From IMG/VR virus record IMGVR_UViG_3300045972_000807, positions 107,757-171,756 of that record: a stretch of DNA of 64,000 nt. One strand, written 5' to 3'. The notes under the pieces were generated by a model, which was given only the letters and a program-made list of their open reading frames with translations, was not told the origin of the DNA and made no database searches. Below are positions 1 to 8,512 of the stretch, one piece after another. Each line of letters starts with the position of its first letter. Position 1 is the stretch's first letter. This stretch comes from a virus. The position numbers and the translations under genes were made by a program.

Positions 1-1
1 G

Positions 2-394
2 GCGCAGTACGAGTGGGATAAAATCCAGATTGCCAAAGGCTTTGCCGAGGCCCGCAACAAGCTGTTACGCATTCCCTTATACCGGGATGCCCTGTGGGAA
101 GCACCTCGTTTTAGGGGTAACCTTAAGAGTCTCTTGGACGAAATACGCTCTCCGGTATCCTCAGCTAGGGGAGCTACGATAAGTGCCGTTGTGGGTGGTA
201 CCGGCGGAGGCGGTGGTGGTGCCGCACAAAAGCTACCAATGGGCCAACTTCCCACAAAGTACATGCGCCGAAGTGCGACACAAGCGGAGAGGCCTGAGCT
301 TACACCTACTCAAGTTTGGGAACTGTCAGTGGACAATCCTAACTCTTCGGTATCAAAATTCCTCAGAGTGTTCGGTAAACATCATGGCACTTGA
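2..394 (+). CDS. hypothetical protein, 5'-truncated by the window edge
   Basis: Frame 2 is open from base 2 (AQYEWDKIQIAKGF...) to TGA at 394 and overlaps the helicase start. Confidence 0.7.
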   Translation, partial: AQYEWDKIQIAKGFAEARNKLLRIPLYRDALWEAPRFRGNLKSLLDEIRSPVSSARGATISAVVGGTGGGGGGAAQKLPMGQLPTKYMRRSATQAERPELTPTQVWELSVDNPNSSVSKFLRVFGKHHGT

Positions 395-2075
395 TCTAGA
401 TGACGTAGTACCTCCGGTTAACAAGGCAAAGAAGAAACCGGAGGGAGTCTCATTTAACTTTGATTTGCCTGCAGCACCAACAGCAGCTTCTATAATCGCA
501 GGTACCAATACGCAAGGTCTGCCCAAGATCATTCAGGCTCTCTACTCAGGCACATCTGTAAACCCCTTGCCCAAGAAGCTTACCGAGGATGCTTGGGCTG
601 ACCTAATAGACGCCTTTAGTCACCCTAAGGAAAACCTTAGTGTCATTCAGAAAGTTCTGAGTGCTAACCTTACCAAGGGTCAAAGAGCCGCGTTTAACTA
701 CATGGCTGACTTTGTGCTGGACAGAAGCCCCAACAGGTTCTTTAGTCTTCAAGGTTACGCGGGTACAGGTAAGAGCTACATCGTACGCAGGTTAGTTATG
801 TTCTGCGACTTGGTAGGCGTTGAATGGCTATTGACTGCCCCGACCAATAAAGCCACAAAAGTCCTAACCTCGTCTATTCCTGGGATAGATAAAGGCAAGT
901 GCAAGACGATCTACTCAGCACTCAAGCTGACAATGAGCACGGACGAGGATCAACAGGTCCTCGTAGACATGGCTCAGGACAACTACTCCTCTCTGGACAT
1001 TCGCAGCGGTTCACTGCTGTGTATTGACGAGGCCAGCATGCTTAACGGCATGGTAACCCAGAAGGTTAAGCAGTGTGCACAAGACTTGAACCTACGCGTT
1101 CTTTTGATTGGTGACCCCGACCAGTTGAGGCCTGTCGGCGAGGCTAGAAGTTCAGCGTGGGACCTCTCAATTGTCGAGACACGCATCGACAATGCCCAAC
1201 AGAACCTTGTTAGGCACGTTAAGCTCCTTGAGGTTAAGCGTTTTGAGAACGAGCTACTAGACTTAAGCGTCCGTATTCGTGCTTGTATCCGGAAAGGCAA
1301 ACTTCCTCCAGGTGGGCCATCTGACTTGTTCCTGCATGTACCTGAAGAGGTCGAGGTATTCAAAGACAAAGCCACATTTGAGGCGCACATCCTACAATTG
1401 AAGACCCCTGAGGACTTCAAGGACGTTAAGGTAATTGCTTGGCGAAACCGAACGGTAGAACACTACAACGATATAATCCGTAAGAACATTGGGTTCAACG
1501 ATGAGTATAACGTGGGTGACCTTCTTATGCTTGCCCAGCCTAAGCTCCAGAAGGTTAACTACCGAAGGAGCGTAATCATTGCCAACATCGACGAAGAGGT
1601 TGTGGTGCAGGTAGTGGCACAAAAGAGCATGAAGCCTCAGTCCATGTTCTTCCCCAACCTGCCTATGATCGACTATTGGGAACTGACTACACAGACAACG
1701 GACTTTCAAGACAAGCCTACCCAGATAGTTGTCAACATGCCTCTATTGGAAGATCATGGCCTTGAAGATGCTTTACAGCAAATGGCTACAGCGGCCAAGC
1801 GGGTTAAGCAGCAGAGCTTCAGCGACAAGGCCAACTCAAGGCGCTTAAGGGAAGAAGCGTCTCAACGGTGGAAAGAGTATTGGTCTCTCCGTGAGGAGTT
1901 TACGCTAGTACGGTTCGCCTATGCTTTCACGGCGCACAGGGCGCAAGGTAGCAGTATCAACAAGGTTTACGTTGACGTTAGAGACATCTTGGCTAACCCT
2001 GACCCAGACGAAAAGTTGGAATGCCTTTACGTTGCGGATACCCGGGCAAGAACCACTATGAGGGTGCTGATATGA
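384..2075 (+). CDS. dda: Dda/RecD-like SF1B DNA helicase
   Basis: Walker A GYAGTGKS, APTNKA, Walker B IDEASM, GDPDQLRPV, AYAFTAHRAQGSS, YVADTRAR; ATG at 384 preferred over the track's GTG at 183. Confidence 0.9.
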   Translation: MALDLDDVVPPVNKAKKKPEGVSFNFDLPAAPTAASIIAGTNTQGLPKIIQALYSGTSVNPLPKKLTEDAWADLIDAFSHPKENLSVIQKVLSANLTKGQRAAFNYMADFVLDRSPNRFFSLQGYAGTGKSYIVRRLVMFCDLVGVEWLLTAPTNKATKVLTSSIPGIDKGKCKTIYSALKLTMSTDEDQQVLVDMAQDNYSSLDIRSGSLLCIDEASMLNGMVTQKVKQCAQDLNLRVLLIGDPDQLRPVGEARSSAWDLSIVETRIDNAQQNLVRHVKLLEVKRFENELLDLSVRIRACIRKGKLPPGGPSDLFLHVPEEVEVFKDKATFEAHILQLKTPEDFKDVKVIAWRNRTVEHYNDIIRKNIGFNDEYNVGDLLMLAQPKLQKVNYRRSVIIANIDEEVVVQVVAQKSMKPQSMFFPNLPMIDYWELTTQTTDFQDKPTQIVVNMPLLEDHGLEDALQQMATAAKRVKQQSFSDKANSRRLREEASQRWKEYWSLREEFTLVRFAYAFTAHRAQGSSINKVYVDVRDILANPDPDEKLECLYVADTRARTTMRVLI

Positions 2076-2347
2076 TGTTCGCAAACCCAATGCAAGCGGC
2101 CTATGAAAATATGGGCTGCAAGATCATCGTAACCCAAGATCAACCAAAAATGGTTCTGTCGGATGACTGTCCGGTTACACCAGAGTTCAGAGCGGAGATA
2201 AACTTATGGATGCTTGGGTTCTTTGGTATGTCTAATCTCATAGAAGACGGTCAGGCAAAGAAGGTCGGGAATACTCTTATGATGAATCCTCGAACATACC
2301 TAGCGTTTAAAGAGTCGGTTAAAGCCAGGCTACCAAAGCATTACTAG
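2072..2347 (+). CDS. hypothetical protein
   Basis: ATGA overlap with the helicase stop. Confidence 0.65.
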   Translation: MMFANPMQAAYENMGCKIIVTQDQPKMVLSDDCPVTPEFRAEINLWMLGFFGMSNLIEDGQAKKVGNTLMMNPRTYLAFKESVKARLPKHY

Positions 2348-2356
2348 GAAACGGCC

Positions 2357-2584
2357 ATGATGAAACCAAGCATGCTAATGAACATGACCGACTCTGAGCT
2401 ACTGGTGGAGCTCGACAACATCAAGCACAAGAGTCCAGTGATCTTTGAACTGTACCTGCGATTAAAGAGTTTTGAGGAACACTTTGACAATGGTGAAGAG
2501 GTTGATTTAACTCCTAAACCAAAAAAGATACGGCACACGCAATGTCCTGTGTGCTTGGCGCATATCGAAATGGAGGAGCAATAA
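2357..2584 (+). CDS. hypothetical protein with C-terminal CxxC
   Basis: AGGA SD; CPVC. Confidence 0.65.
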   Translation: MMKPSMLMNMTDSELLVELDNIKHKSPVIFELYLRLKSFEEHFDNGEEVDLTPKPKKIRHTQCPVCLAHIEMEEQ

Positions 2585-2715
2585 AATGCTAGTTGAGATA
2601 CTTTCACATCGGCCTTGGTGGGCTCCCTACGCTGTTATGGTCTCAGGATTTGTCTACCTGTTCTGCGTCGTACACCTAGTAATTGACTACTGTAAGGACA
2701 GAAAGGAACAAGCAG

Positions 2716-2937
2716 ATGGCCAATCCTAAATGGATACACGTTACTGAAGATAACCTTCACATCATAGCTAGTAGATGCGACTTCACCTACCCTCACAGTA
2801 CCGAGGACTCGGCTGGCAAAAAGGATGAAAAGCGGTCTGAAGCTATCGGACACCGTGACGGCGACATCGTGATTACTAGCAAGATGGGTTGGCTTGACAT
2901 GGCTGACTTCCGAGTTATGCTGGATTGGAAAGACTAG
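2716..2937 (+). CDS. hypothetical protein
   Basis: AAGGA SD upstream of MANPKW. Confidence 0.55.
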   Translation: MANPKWIHVTEDNLHIIASRCDFTYPHSTEDSAGKKDEKRSEAIGHRDGDIVITSKMGWLDMADFRVMLDWKD

Positions 2938-3084
2938 AACATGCTTGAATTTATTCTAACTTTACCTGCCTGGGCTTTCGGTGTAAGTATCTCAGTCGTA
3001 TCCTTTTGGGTTCTCTCAATTGGGATCCTTATCTACAGTGTGCTAACGGCACCCGATGCGCCCAACGATCAGGAATGACCTTGT

Positions 3085-3561
3085 ATGCCTAACTTAGCCA
3101 GCCGAATAAAGGGTCCAGTAGACTGGGCATTTGGTTTAGTTCCTGCTGAAGGATATCCCAGCGACATACTAAAAGACAATACTATCTTTAGGTGCTGTAA
3201 CTGCTGCGGAGAGATTCAAAAAAAGACAGTTTGGTTCTCCTACAGTGGAGTCCGTAAAGACTACTCGCACACCTGCAGAAGTTGCTGTAGTTTTATATCT
3301 CTGCTTAGCCACGAGATGGCTAAAGACGAGGAGGTTAGACCAAAGCGAATCCGAGGGCCCAACAAACTCAAACCTGCTGAAACCTTATGGGAAGCATGGA
3401 ACACCACTTGGTGCCTATACAAGAAAAGAAAACTTAAAGAGGACAACCTAACATGGCTGAAAACACAGAGCAGAAAAAAGAACCTGTCGATGCAGCAGAA
3501 CGCTACGCCAAGCTTGCCGCAGACAATCGGTACCTCACCTTCCTGCTCAAATGCTACGTAG
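3085..3561 (+). CDS. Cys-rich hypothetical protein (possible Zn ribbon)
   Basis: CCNCC and CRSCC clusters; 3' end overlaps the next gene by about 110 nt. Confidence 0.45.
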   Translation: MPNLASRIKGPVDWAFGLVPAEGYPSDILKDNTIFRCCNCCGEIQKKTVWFSYSGVRKDYSHTCRSCCSFISLLSHEMAKDEEVRPKRIRGPNKLKPAETLWEAWNTTWCLYKKRKLKEDNLTWLKTQSRKKNLSMQQNATPSLPQTIGTSPSCSNAT

Positions 3562-3752
3562 AGCATCATACGGGCGAAATAAAACTTAACAACGATCTTT
3601 TGGGGAGCTTAACGATTAATGCTAAGCACATGGTTGATCTAGGCAAACCAAAAAGCCCTGAATGCCGCCATCAAAAGACTAAGTGGAATATTCAGTTTAC
3701 ATCGGGTACATGCCAAGACTGCGGTAAACATCTTGAAGCCTCTGATTACTAG
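3453..3752 (+). CDS. hypothetical protein with C-terminal Zn-finger-like motif
   Basis: GAGG SD; CRH...CQDCG. Confidence 0.65.
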   Translation: MAENTEQKKEPVDAAERYAKLAADNRYLTFLLKCYVEHHTGEIKLNNDLLGSLTINAKHMVDLGKPKSPECRHQKTKWNIQFTSGTCQDCGKHLEASDY

Positions 3753-3815
3753 GGCCTAACCGTAGATAGCAAACAATTTGAATGTTGCTATTCACCCACC
3801 AACCTTAGGAATTTT

Positions 3816-4184
3816 ATGACACAGCAAGGCATTAAGCTAGGAAACAAGTCCATTGAGACTTACGCCAGTAAGCACGGCGCGGTAGACCAAAATGGCAAGG
3901 TTGTGTTTCCCAGCTGGGAAAACCTACGTTCGCTTTACAAAAATCTGGTAACAGACATCGTTAACGATTTCGTCGCTATGTCTGACCAGCAAGACGAGGC
4001 AGCCGATCCCAGTGTCGTAACTGACATCGAACCCAAGCCTTCTACGCCTAGCGACCAATACTACGGCCCTGCAATGGACGCAGCTATCGGTATCCTTCAC
4101 TCGCAGGGATACGAATACCAGATGACCGAAAATGGTCTGGCTTGGGTTGTTACGACGCCCAAAGAAAACACCTTGGTGCAATAG
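3816..4184 (+). CDS. hypothetical protein
   Basis: AGGA SD; intact ORF. Confidence 0.7.
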   Translation: MTQQGIKLGNKSIETYASKHGAVDQNGKVVFPSWENLRSLYKNLVTDIVNDFVAMSDQQDEAADPSVVTDIEPKPSTPSDQYYGPAMDAAIGILHSQGYEYQMTENGLAWVVTTPKENTLVQ

Positions 4185-4402
4185 TGCTTACTGAGCAAGA
4201 CTCAGATGACTTAGAGGAACCTCGCATAGATTGGCAAGGCGCTCTAGGTCCAACGTTGATATTCAGCAAAGGTCGTAGGCAAGTGCTTAGTCGAGCAGAA
4301 CAGTTACATATAAAGCTGGGACTAATCGACATTGGGACGCTCGAGGCAAAGTACCGCATGTCTTTATTTGAGCGCGCTAAACTTTTTAATAAGGGTAGTT
4401 AA
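4184..4402 (+). CDS. hypothetical protein
   Basis: GTG overlapping the upstream TAG. Confidence 0.5.
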   Translation: MLTEQDSDDLEEPRIDWQGALGPTLIFSKGRRQVLSRAEQLHIKLGLIDIGTLEAKYRMSLFERAKLFNKGS

Positions 4403-4408
4403 CCTATT

Positions 4409-4594
4409 ATGACTGAAGATTTCCGTAATAGCAAGAAATTTGTTAAATGGGAAGAGTTGCAGGAAGAATACGCCAAGCGACAGGAAAGCAAAGAAGCCTT
4501 AAGGAAAAAAGCTATTACCTACATATCGGCGGTATTAGTTTCTACCCTTGTCGCCTTGACCGCAGTTCTTATCTACAACTACACCCTACACTAA
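4409..4594 (+). CDS. small membrane protein
   Basis: C-terminal hydrophobic helix YISAVLVSTLVALTAVLIY. Confidence 0.6.
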   Translation: MTEDFRNSKKFVKWEELQEEYAKRQESKEALRKKAITYISAVLVSTLVALTAVLIYNYTLH

Positions 4595-4612
4595 CACAAC
4601 ATAGGAACATAA

Positions 4613-5053
4613 ATGTTAGAAGCAGTACAAACTACCGAAGAAGACTTTGGTAACTCGCTTACCTTCCTTAACGCAACAGGCGACGTTACCATTACCTGGG
4701 ACGCAGAGAACGACGAGAAGATTAAAGCACTTGTCCGAGACAAGATGGCTAAGGGATACGTCTTCTTTACTCTCCGCAAGGTTGTTATCGAAGCCGTAAA
4801 GGTAAAGCGCAAGATCGGCGAAAAAGGCGTAGACACGATTACTAGCCTGGTAATCGAAGACGCCGAGTTTGATAAGCTGGTAAAGGACATGGACGACCGT
4901 GACCTTGCTACGCTTATGAAAGACCGTACGGCCCAGTTAGCCAAGCGTACAGGCAAGTCAAAAGAGTTCACCTCGATTGGCCGTGCCAAAGACGCCGACG
5001 AGGTTGTTAAGGGTAAGCAGGCACTAGCCGTAAGGCCAGTCGTCGGGGGCTAG
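4613..5053 (+). CDS. hypothetical protein ending in di-glycine (candidate ubiquitin/Pup-like modifier)
   Basis: AGGA SD; C-terminus ...ALAVRPVVGG-stop. CDS call is firm, function is speculative. Confidence 0.75.
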   Translation: MLEAVQTTEEDFGNSLTFLNATGDVTITWDAENDEKIKALVRDKMAKGYVFFTLRKVVIEAVKVKRKIGEKGVDTITSLVIEDAEFDKLVKDMDDRDLATLMKDRTAQLAKRTGKSKEFTSIGRAKDADEVVKGKQALAVRPVVGG

Positions 5054-5054
5054 T

Positions 5055-5843
5055 ATGCCCATAGTGGTGTCGCCTCCGCCTGTACAAGGTACGGGGGCAA
5101 TCTACTGGCCTACTACTGCTACTGCTAACAATACAGGCATGTGGTACACAGGTAGCGGAACTGTGTACACCACACCCTCAACGGTTGGCACATTTTACAT
5201 CCCGCCTCAAATAATAACTACAACCGCGGCGACATCCACGCAGTTCATAAGCCTATGTACGCCAACCGGCACATCGCTTACTAGCTGGATTTACTATCCC
5301 GTAAGCTCAGATTGGACGCCTACACCTGAGCAGTTAGCGTCCGAAGCCAGGTACAAAAGAGAGCAAAAAAGACTTCATGCGATCAAGGTGGAACGTGCCA
5401 AAGGTTCCATCAAGAGAGCACTGAAGCTAATGGACAACGTGGGCTTTGGCAACGAGGTTAAAGTGTTCCTTGGTGGAAGTGCTGTTGAGGTATCACACCC
5501 CGATAGCATGTTCAAATTCCTTTTGTCCAAGAGCCGTTACTCAGGCTTGATTGACAAGACGATAAACATCAGCGGGCACATGATACCGTACAAGCTAGAG
5601 CTCTACACAAAGACAGACGTGCATGTGGCCGACCTTTGCGTCTACATGCAGGACACGCCTATCCTGGATCAGATACTCGCCCTCAGCATGTTTATCAAGT
5701 CTGGCGACGAGGATTATATCCTGGAAAAAGCAAACTGGACAATTAAAGACAAAGACCCCGTGCTAAGGCAGGCGATTCTCTTGGAGAAGCCCTGTCTTAG
5801 CAACAAACTAAAACGAATTCCCTACAACCACCACCGACCTTAA
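5055..5843 (+). CDS. hypothetical protein: Thr-rich N-terminus, helical linker, globular domain with LC...P.LDQ.LA...E...AN motif
   Basis: Starts 1 nt after the stop of the GG protein, consistent with translational coupling. Confidence 0.75.
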   Translation: MPIVVSPPPVQGTGAIYWPTTATANNTGMWYTGSGTVYTTPSTVGTFYIPPQIITTTAATSTQFISLCTPTGTSLTSWIYYPVSSDWTPTPEQLASEARYKREQKRLHAIKVERAKGSIKRALKLMDNVGFGNEVKVFLGGSAVEVSHPDSMFKFLLSKSRYSGLIDKTINISGHMIPYKLELYTKTDVHVADLCVYMQDTPILDQILALSMFIKSGDEDYILEKANWTIKDKDPVLRQAILLEKPCLSNKLKRIPYNHHRP

Positions 5844-5863
5844 CTTTTCACTAGGAGCCTCCC

Positions 5864-6355
5864 ATGAACGATACCAACAGCGCAGCAAACTATACGCCCA
5901 TCCATAGCCTGGATTCCACCCCAGCCACTCTGGACGATTTCAAAGCCATCCCGTTGGCCGAGTACAACCAGTTCGTAAACGGCTACGCTCAGCAAGTTCT
6001 GGCCTTCATGGCCCTGGCCGACCAAGTGTCTGACAGCCAGTTCTCTGACAGCAACATTCCATCGCACGTCCGCATCGTTGTTCCTTCCCTCAACATCGAC
6101 CTGCACCTGCCGCTCAAGCTGGAAATCAATACCGTTGCAGACACCATCACCAGCTCCATTATGACCGCCAAGGTGTCGGCCGCCACGGTGCGCCTTTCCA
6201 CCGCAATCTCAGCGGCTATTCAAGCTGCCAAATCCGCAATTGACGCGGCCAATGACGCTGCGGCTTCTGAAGCGCGAAGCGTTGCCGAAGCCCAAGAAGC
6301 CGCGCCGTTACCCACGATTGCCGAGCAAATCTCGGACACAACTTCCGCAGTATAA
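5864..6355 (+). CDS. hypothetical protein with Ala-rich coiled-coil C-terminus
   Basis: AGGAG SD; C/G-ending codon bias. Confidence 0.75.
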   Translation: MNDTNSAANYTPIHSLDSTPATLDDFKAIPLAEYNQFVNGYAQQVLAFMALADQVSDSQFSDSNIPSHVRIVVPSLNIDLHLPLKLEINTVADTITSSIMTAKVSAATVRLSTAISAAIQAAKSAIDAANDAAASEARSVAEAQEAAPLPTIAEQISDTTSAV

Positions 6356-6392
6356 CTAAAGGACAGGGTGGTCAGGAGCCACCCTGTTTACT

Positions 6393-6650
6393 ATGACCAC
6401 AACACGCACACCCAAAACACAAGCTGAGATCCAAGAGTATCTTTTCAAATACGTTAAGGACAACATAGGTTTCTCTGGCGAGATCGACATTAACGCCCCG
6501 CTGGCAGACCAAGGCTTCGATAGCCTCGACAGCATCGAGCTGGTCATGGACCTTGAGGACGTGTACCTGATTGAAATAGCCGACGAGGTAGCCGAGAAAT
6601 GGACTACCTTGGCCGACGTTATTCTGTCTGTAGTAGCCTTGACAAAATAA
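6393..6650 (+). CDS. acpP: acyl carrier protein (AcpP-like)
   Basis: 85 aa, acidic; GFDSLDSIELVMDLED matches the ACP phosphopantetheine signature (G.DSLD.VELVM.LE); also EIADEVAEK.TT..D. Confidence 0.9.
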   Translation: MTTTRTPKTQAEIQEYLFKYVKDNIGFSGEIDINAPLADQGFDSLDSIELVMDLEDVYLIEIADEVAEKWTTLADVILSVVALTK

Positions 6651-6659
6651 GGAACAACA

Positions 6660-7070
6660 ATGTCTGACGAATCCTCCCAAGAACAAGAAGTTCTTTCTGA
6701 AGAACAGGAAAGTTCAAACGTGCTACCTACAGCTACGCCTTTTGCATCTGTCCGTGTGGACATGCTGGCCGATAGCCGAAGGCTGGAGAAGATTGCCAAG
6801 GTTGGCGAACAAACTGTATTCCCGCAGGACGTTGTCCGCATAGGTGAGTGGAAAGACTTGCCTAGCGAGTGGCCTGTCATACCGCATATCGTTCGAGGCC
6901 CAGCCCACTTCTGCGGCCCTAACCTCGTGGCTGTGCGCTTTGAGGACTCGGAAGGCTTTGTCTACTTCCCAATCCCTTCGGTAGTGGCAAACCTCTTGGG
7001 CGCAGCTTACGAAAAAGGCTCACGCACCGCGTTAGCTAACGCGCGTAAAGCGCTCGGACTCCGCCACTAG
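6660..7070 (+). CDS. hypothetical protein
   Basis: AAGGA SD. Confidence 0.7.
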   Translation: MSDESSQEQEVLSEEQESSNVLPTATPFASVRVDMLADSRRLEKIAKVGEQTVFPQDVVRIGEWKDLPSEWPVIPHIVRGPAHFCGPNLVAVRFEDSEGFVYFPIPSVVANLLGAAYEKGSRTALANARKALGLRH

Positions 7071-7080
7071 GACTTGAATC

Positions 7081-7488
7081 ATGCTTATCCACGGATACAC
7101 AGTCACACCTACTAACTGGAAACTGATATGGCCAGAGCCTGAAGTTACTCCGGAAGTCAATAAGGTTGAAGCCACCCCGGTTGCTACTGGGTTTTTATCC
7201 ACGTTCCTAAACCTGTTCCGTACCACACGAATGGGTGAAGTAGTTCCAGAGCAACCGCCTATACTACCTCAATTGGACTTGAACTCTGTGACCATCCAAT
7301 GCAGCGGTCTAGAGTTTGACACCATTGGAAAGCTGTACGACGTTATCGTCGAGGGTCACGCCTTCATCGGCATTTGGGCTATGTCTAAGAGTCCTGTGGA
7401 TTGGACTACCGGCCTTATGACCGTGGTGTGCAAGTGCTCTGACTACTTTGAGCTGTCTGAAGAAGAGCTGGAGCGAGTTTTGCCATGA
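7081..7488 (+). CDS. hypothetical protein
   Basis: AGGA SD. Confidence 0.65.
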   Translation: MLIHGYTVTPTNWKLIWPEPEVTPEVNKVEATPVATGFLSTFLNLFRTTRMGEVVPEQPPILPQLDLNSVTIQCSGLEFDTIGKLYDVIVEGHAFIGIWAMSKSPVDWTTGLMTVVCKCSDYFELSEEELERVLP

Positions 7489-7826
7489 ACACTGAACTCT
7501 TAGTATCCGTAGTCACCGCAGTGTCCATAATCTGTAGCTCACTGTTAACGGTTCTTGTGACCGTGTGGGCTACGCGCAGAGCCCGAAAAGACCACGCGCT
7601 CAAGATGTCCTTGATCCAAGCCTACAAGGACATACAAGCGTTTTACGCACTGGAGCAAGCGTACTGCGTAAGCATTGGTAACTCTCGAAACATAACGCCC
7701 GACGCCGTTAAACGTTACACTCGAAAGAAGTTACGCTTCAGCGGTAAGCCGAGTCCTTCCGAATCATCCACCCCTTCCCGCTTAGAACAAGCACTCTCCC
7801 GCCTCCTGCAAGAAACCAAGGACTAA
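7485..7826 (+). CDS. membrane-anchored hypothetical protein
   Basis: N-terminal TM helix; ATGA overlap. Confidence 0.65.
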   Translation: MNTELLVSVVTAVSIICSSLLTVLVTVWATRRARKDHALKMSLIQAYKDIQAFYALEQAYCVSIGNSRNITPDAVKRYTRKKLRFSGKPSPSESSTPSRLEQALSRLLQETKD

Positions 7827-7830
7827 CTAA

Positions 7831-8280
7831 ATGCCCACAATCAAAAGTGTTGAACTCCGTACCAACGGTTCCCTTCAACTTATCACCGACGGTGAAGCCC
7901 TTATCGACATCGCTCCCCGTATTTTGCTGGATGAGGCTCTCACCTATATCCCGCCCGTCGAAGTGGCTGGTGGACCCAACAACGCGGACCTCACCAACGC
8001 AGCACTTCTCAACTTTTGCGCTGATCTGACCGACCGTATCACTCACCAAGAAGCCCGCCTGGCTGAACTGGTGAACTTCATTCGGCAATTGGCTTCTGCA
8101 TTGCCCAAGCCTGAGACCGCTTCCTCAGCTACTCAACCAGACCCGGCTGCGGTGTCGCCCACCGAAGTGTCTACTGCGGTCAAGCCGGAGCCTGAGGCGG
8201 TCAATCCGGAACAGGTCAACTCCGAACCGGACTACAGCGCGCCGCGTATCGTGCAGGTAACAAGCCTGACTCCTAAGTGA
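7831..8280 (+). CDS. hypothetical protein with Pro/Glu-rich tail
   Basis: AAGGA SD; last gene before the terminator. Confidence 0.75.
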   Translation: MPTIKSVELRTNGSLQLITDGEALIDIAPRILLDEALTYIPPVEVAGGPNNADLTNAALLNFCADLTDRITHQEARLAELVNFIRQLASALPKPETASSATQPDPAAVSPTEVSTAVKPEPEAVNPEQVNSEPDYSAPRIVQVTSLTPK

Positions 8281-8296
8281 CCTGAAAAACCACCCC

Positions 8297-8336
8297 AAAA
8301 AGCCCCGTAGTGCTCACTGTACTACGGGGCTTTTTT
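8297..8336. terminator. intrinsic terminator, bidirectional form
   Basis: AAAAAGCCCCGTAGT-loop-ACTACGGGGCTTTTTT. Confidence 0.9.
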
Positions 8337-8420
8337 ACGGCCATCTTTGTCAGAAACGTGTTAAATCCACTGCTTTTCCTGTGCTTTTCCTGATTATTCT
8401 GTTGTTTTTTCACACTAGAC

Positions 8421-8451
8421 GTGTTATAATAAGGTGCAGGCACACGCCTGT
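8421..8451 (+). promoter_or_regulatory. extended -10 sigma70-type early promoter followed by a 5' hairpin
   Basis: GTGTTATAATAAGGTGCAGG (TGnTATAAT); related motif at 44336 and 62291. Confidence 0.75.
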
Positions 8452-8456
8452 GGCAG

Positions 8457-8512
8457 TAAACGATATACACAGTTTAGGAGTATGAGATGAAGAAAACGAT
8501 ACAAACAGTTTT
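8457..8512. promoter_or_regulatory. pair of 20-bp quasi-palindromic operator-like sites
   Basis: TAAACGATATACACAGTTTA (8457-8476) and AAAACGATACAAACAGTTTT (8493-8512); reverse complement matches 62107 and 62138. Confidence 0.65.

Noticed and set aside
183-383. N-terminal extension of the helicase ORF from GTG at 183
   Set aside because: It overlaps the upstream frame-2 gene; ATG at 384 near that gene's stop is more plausible
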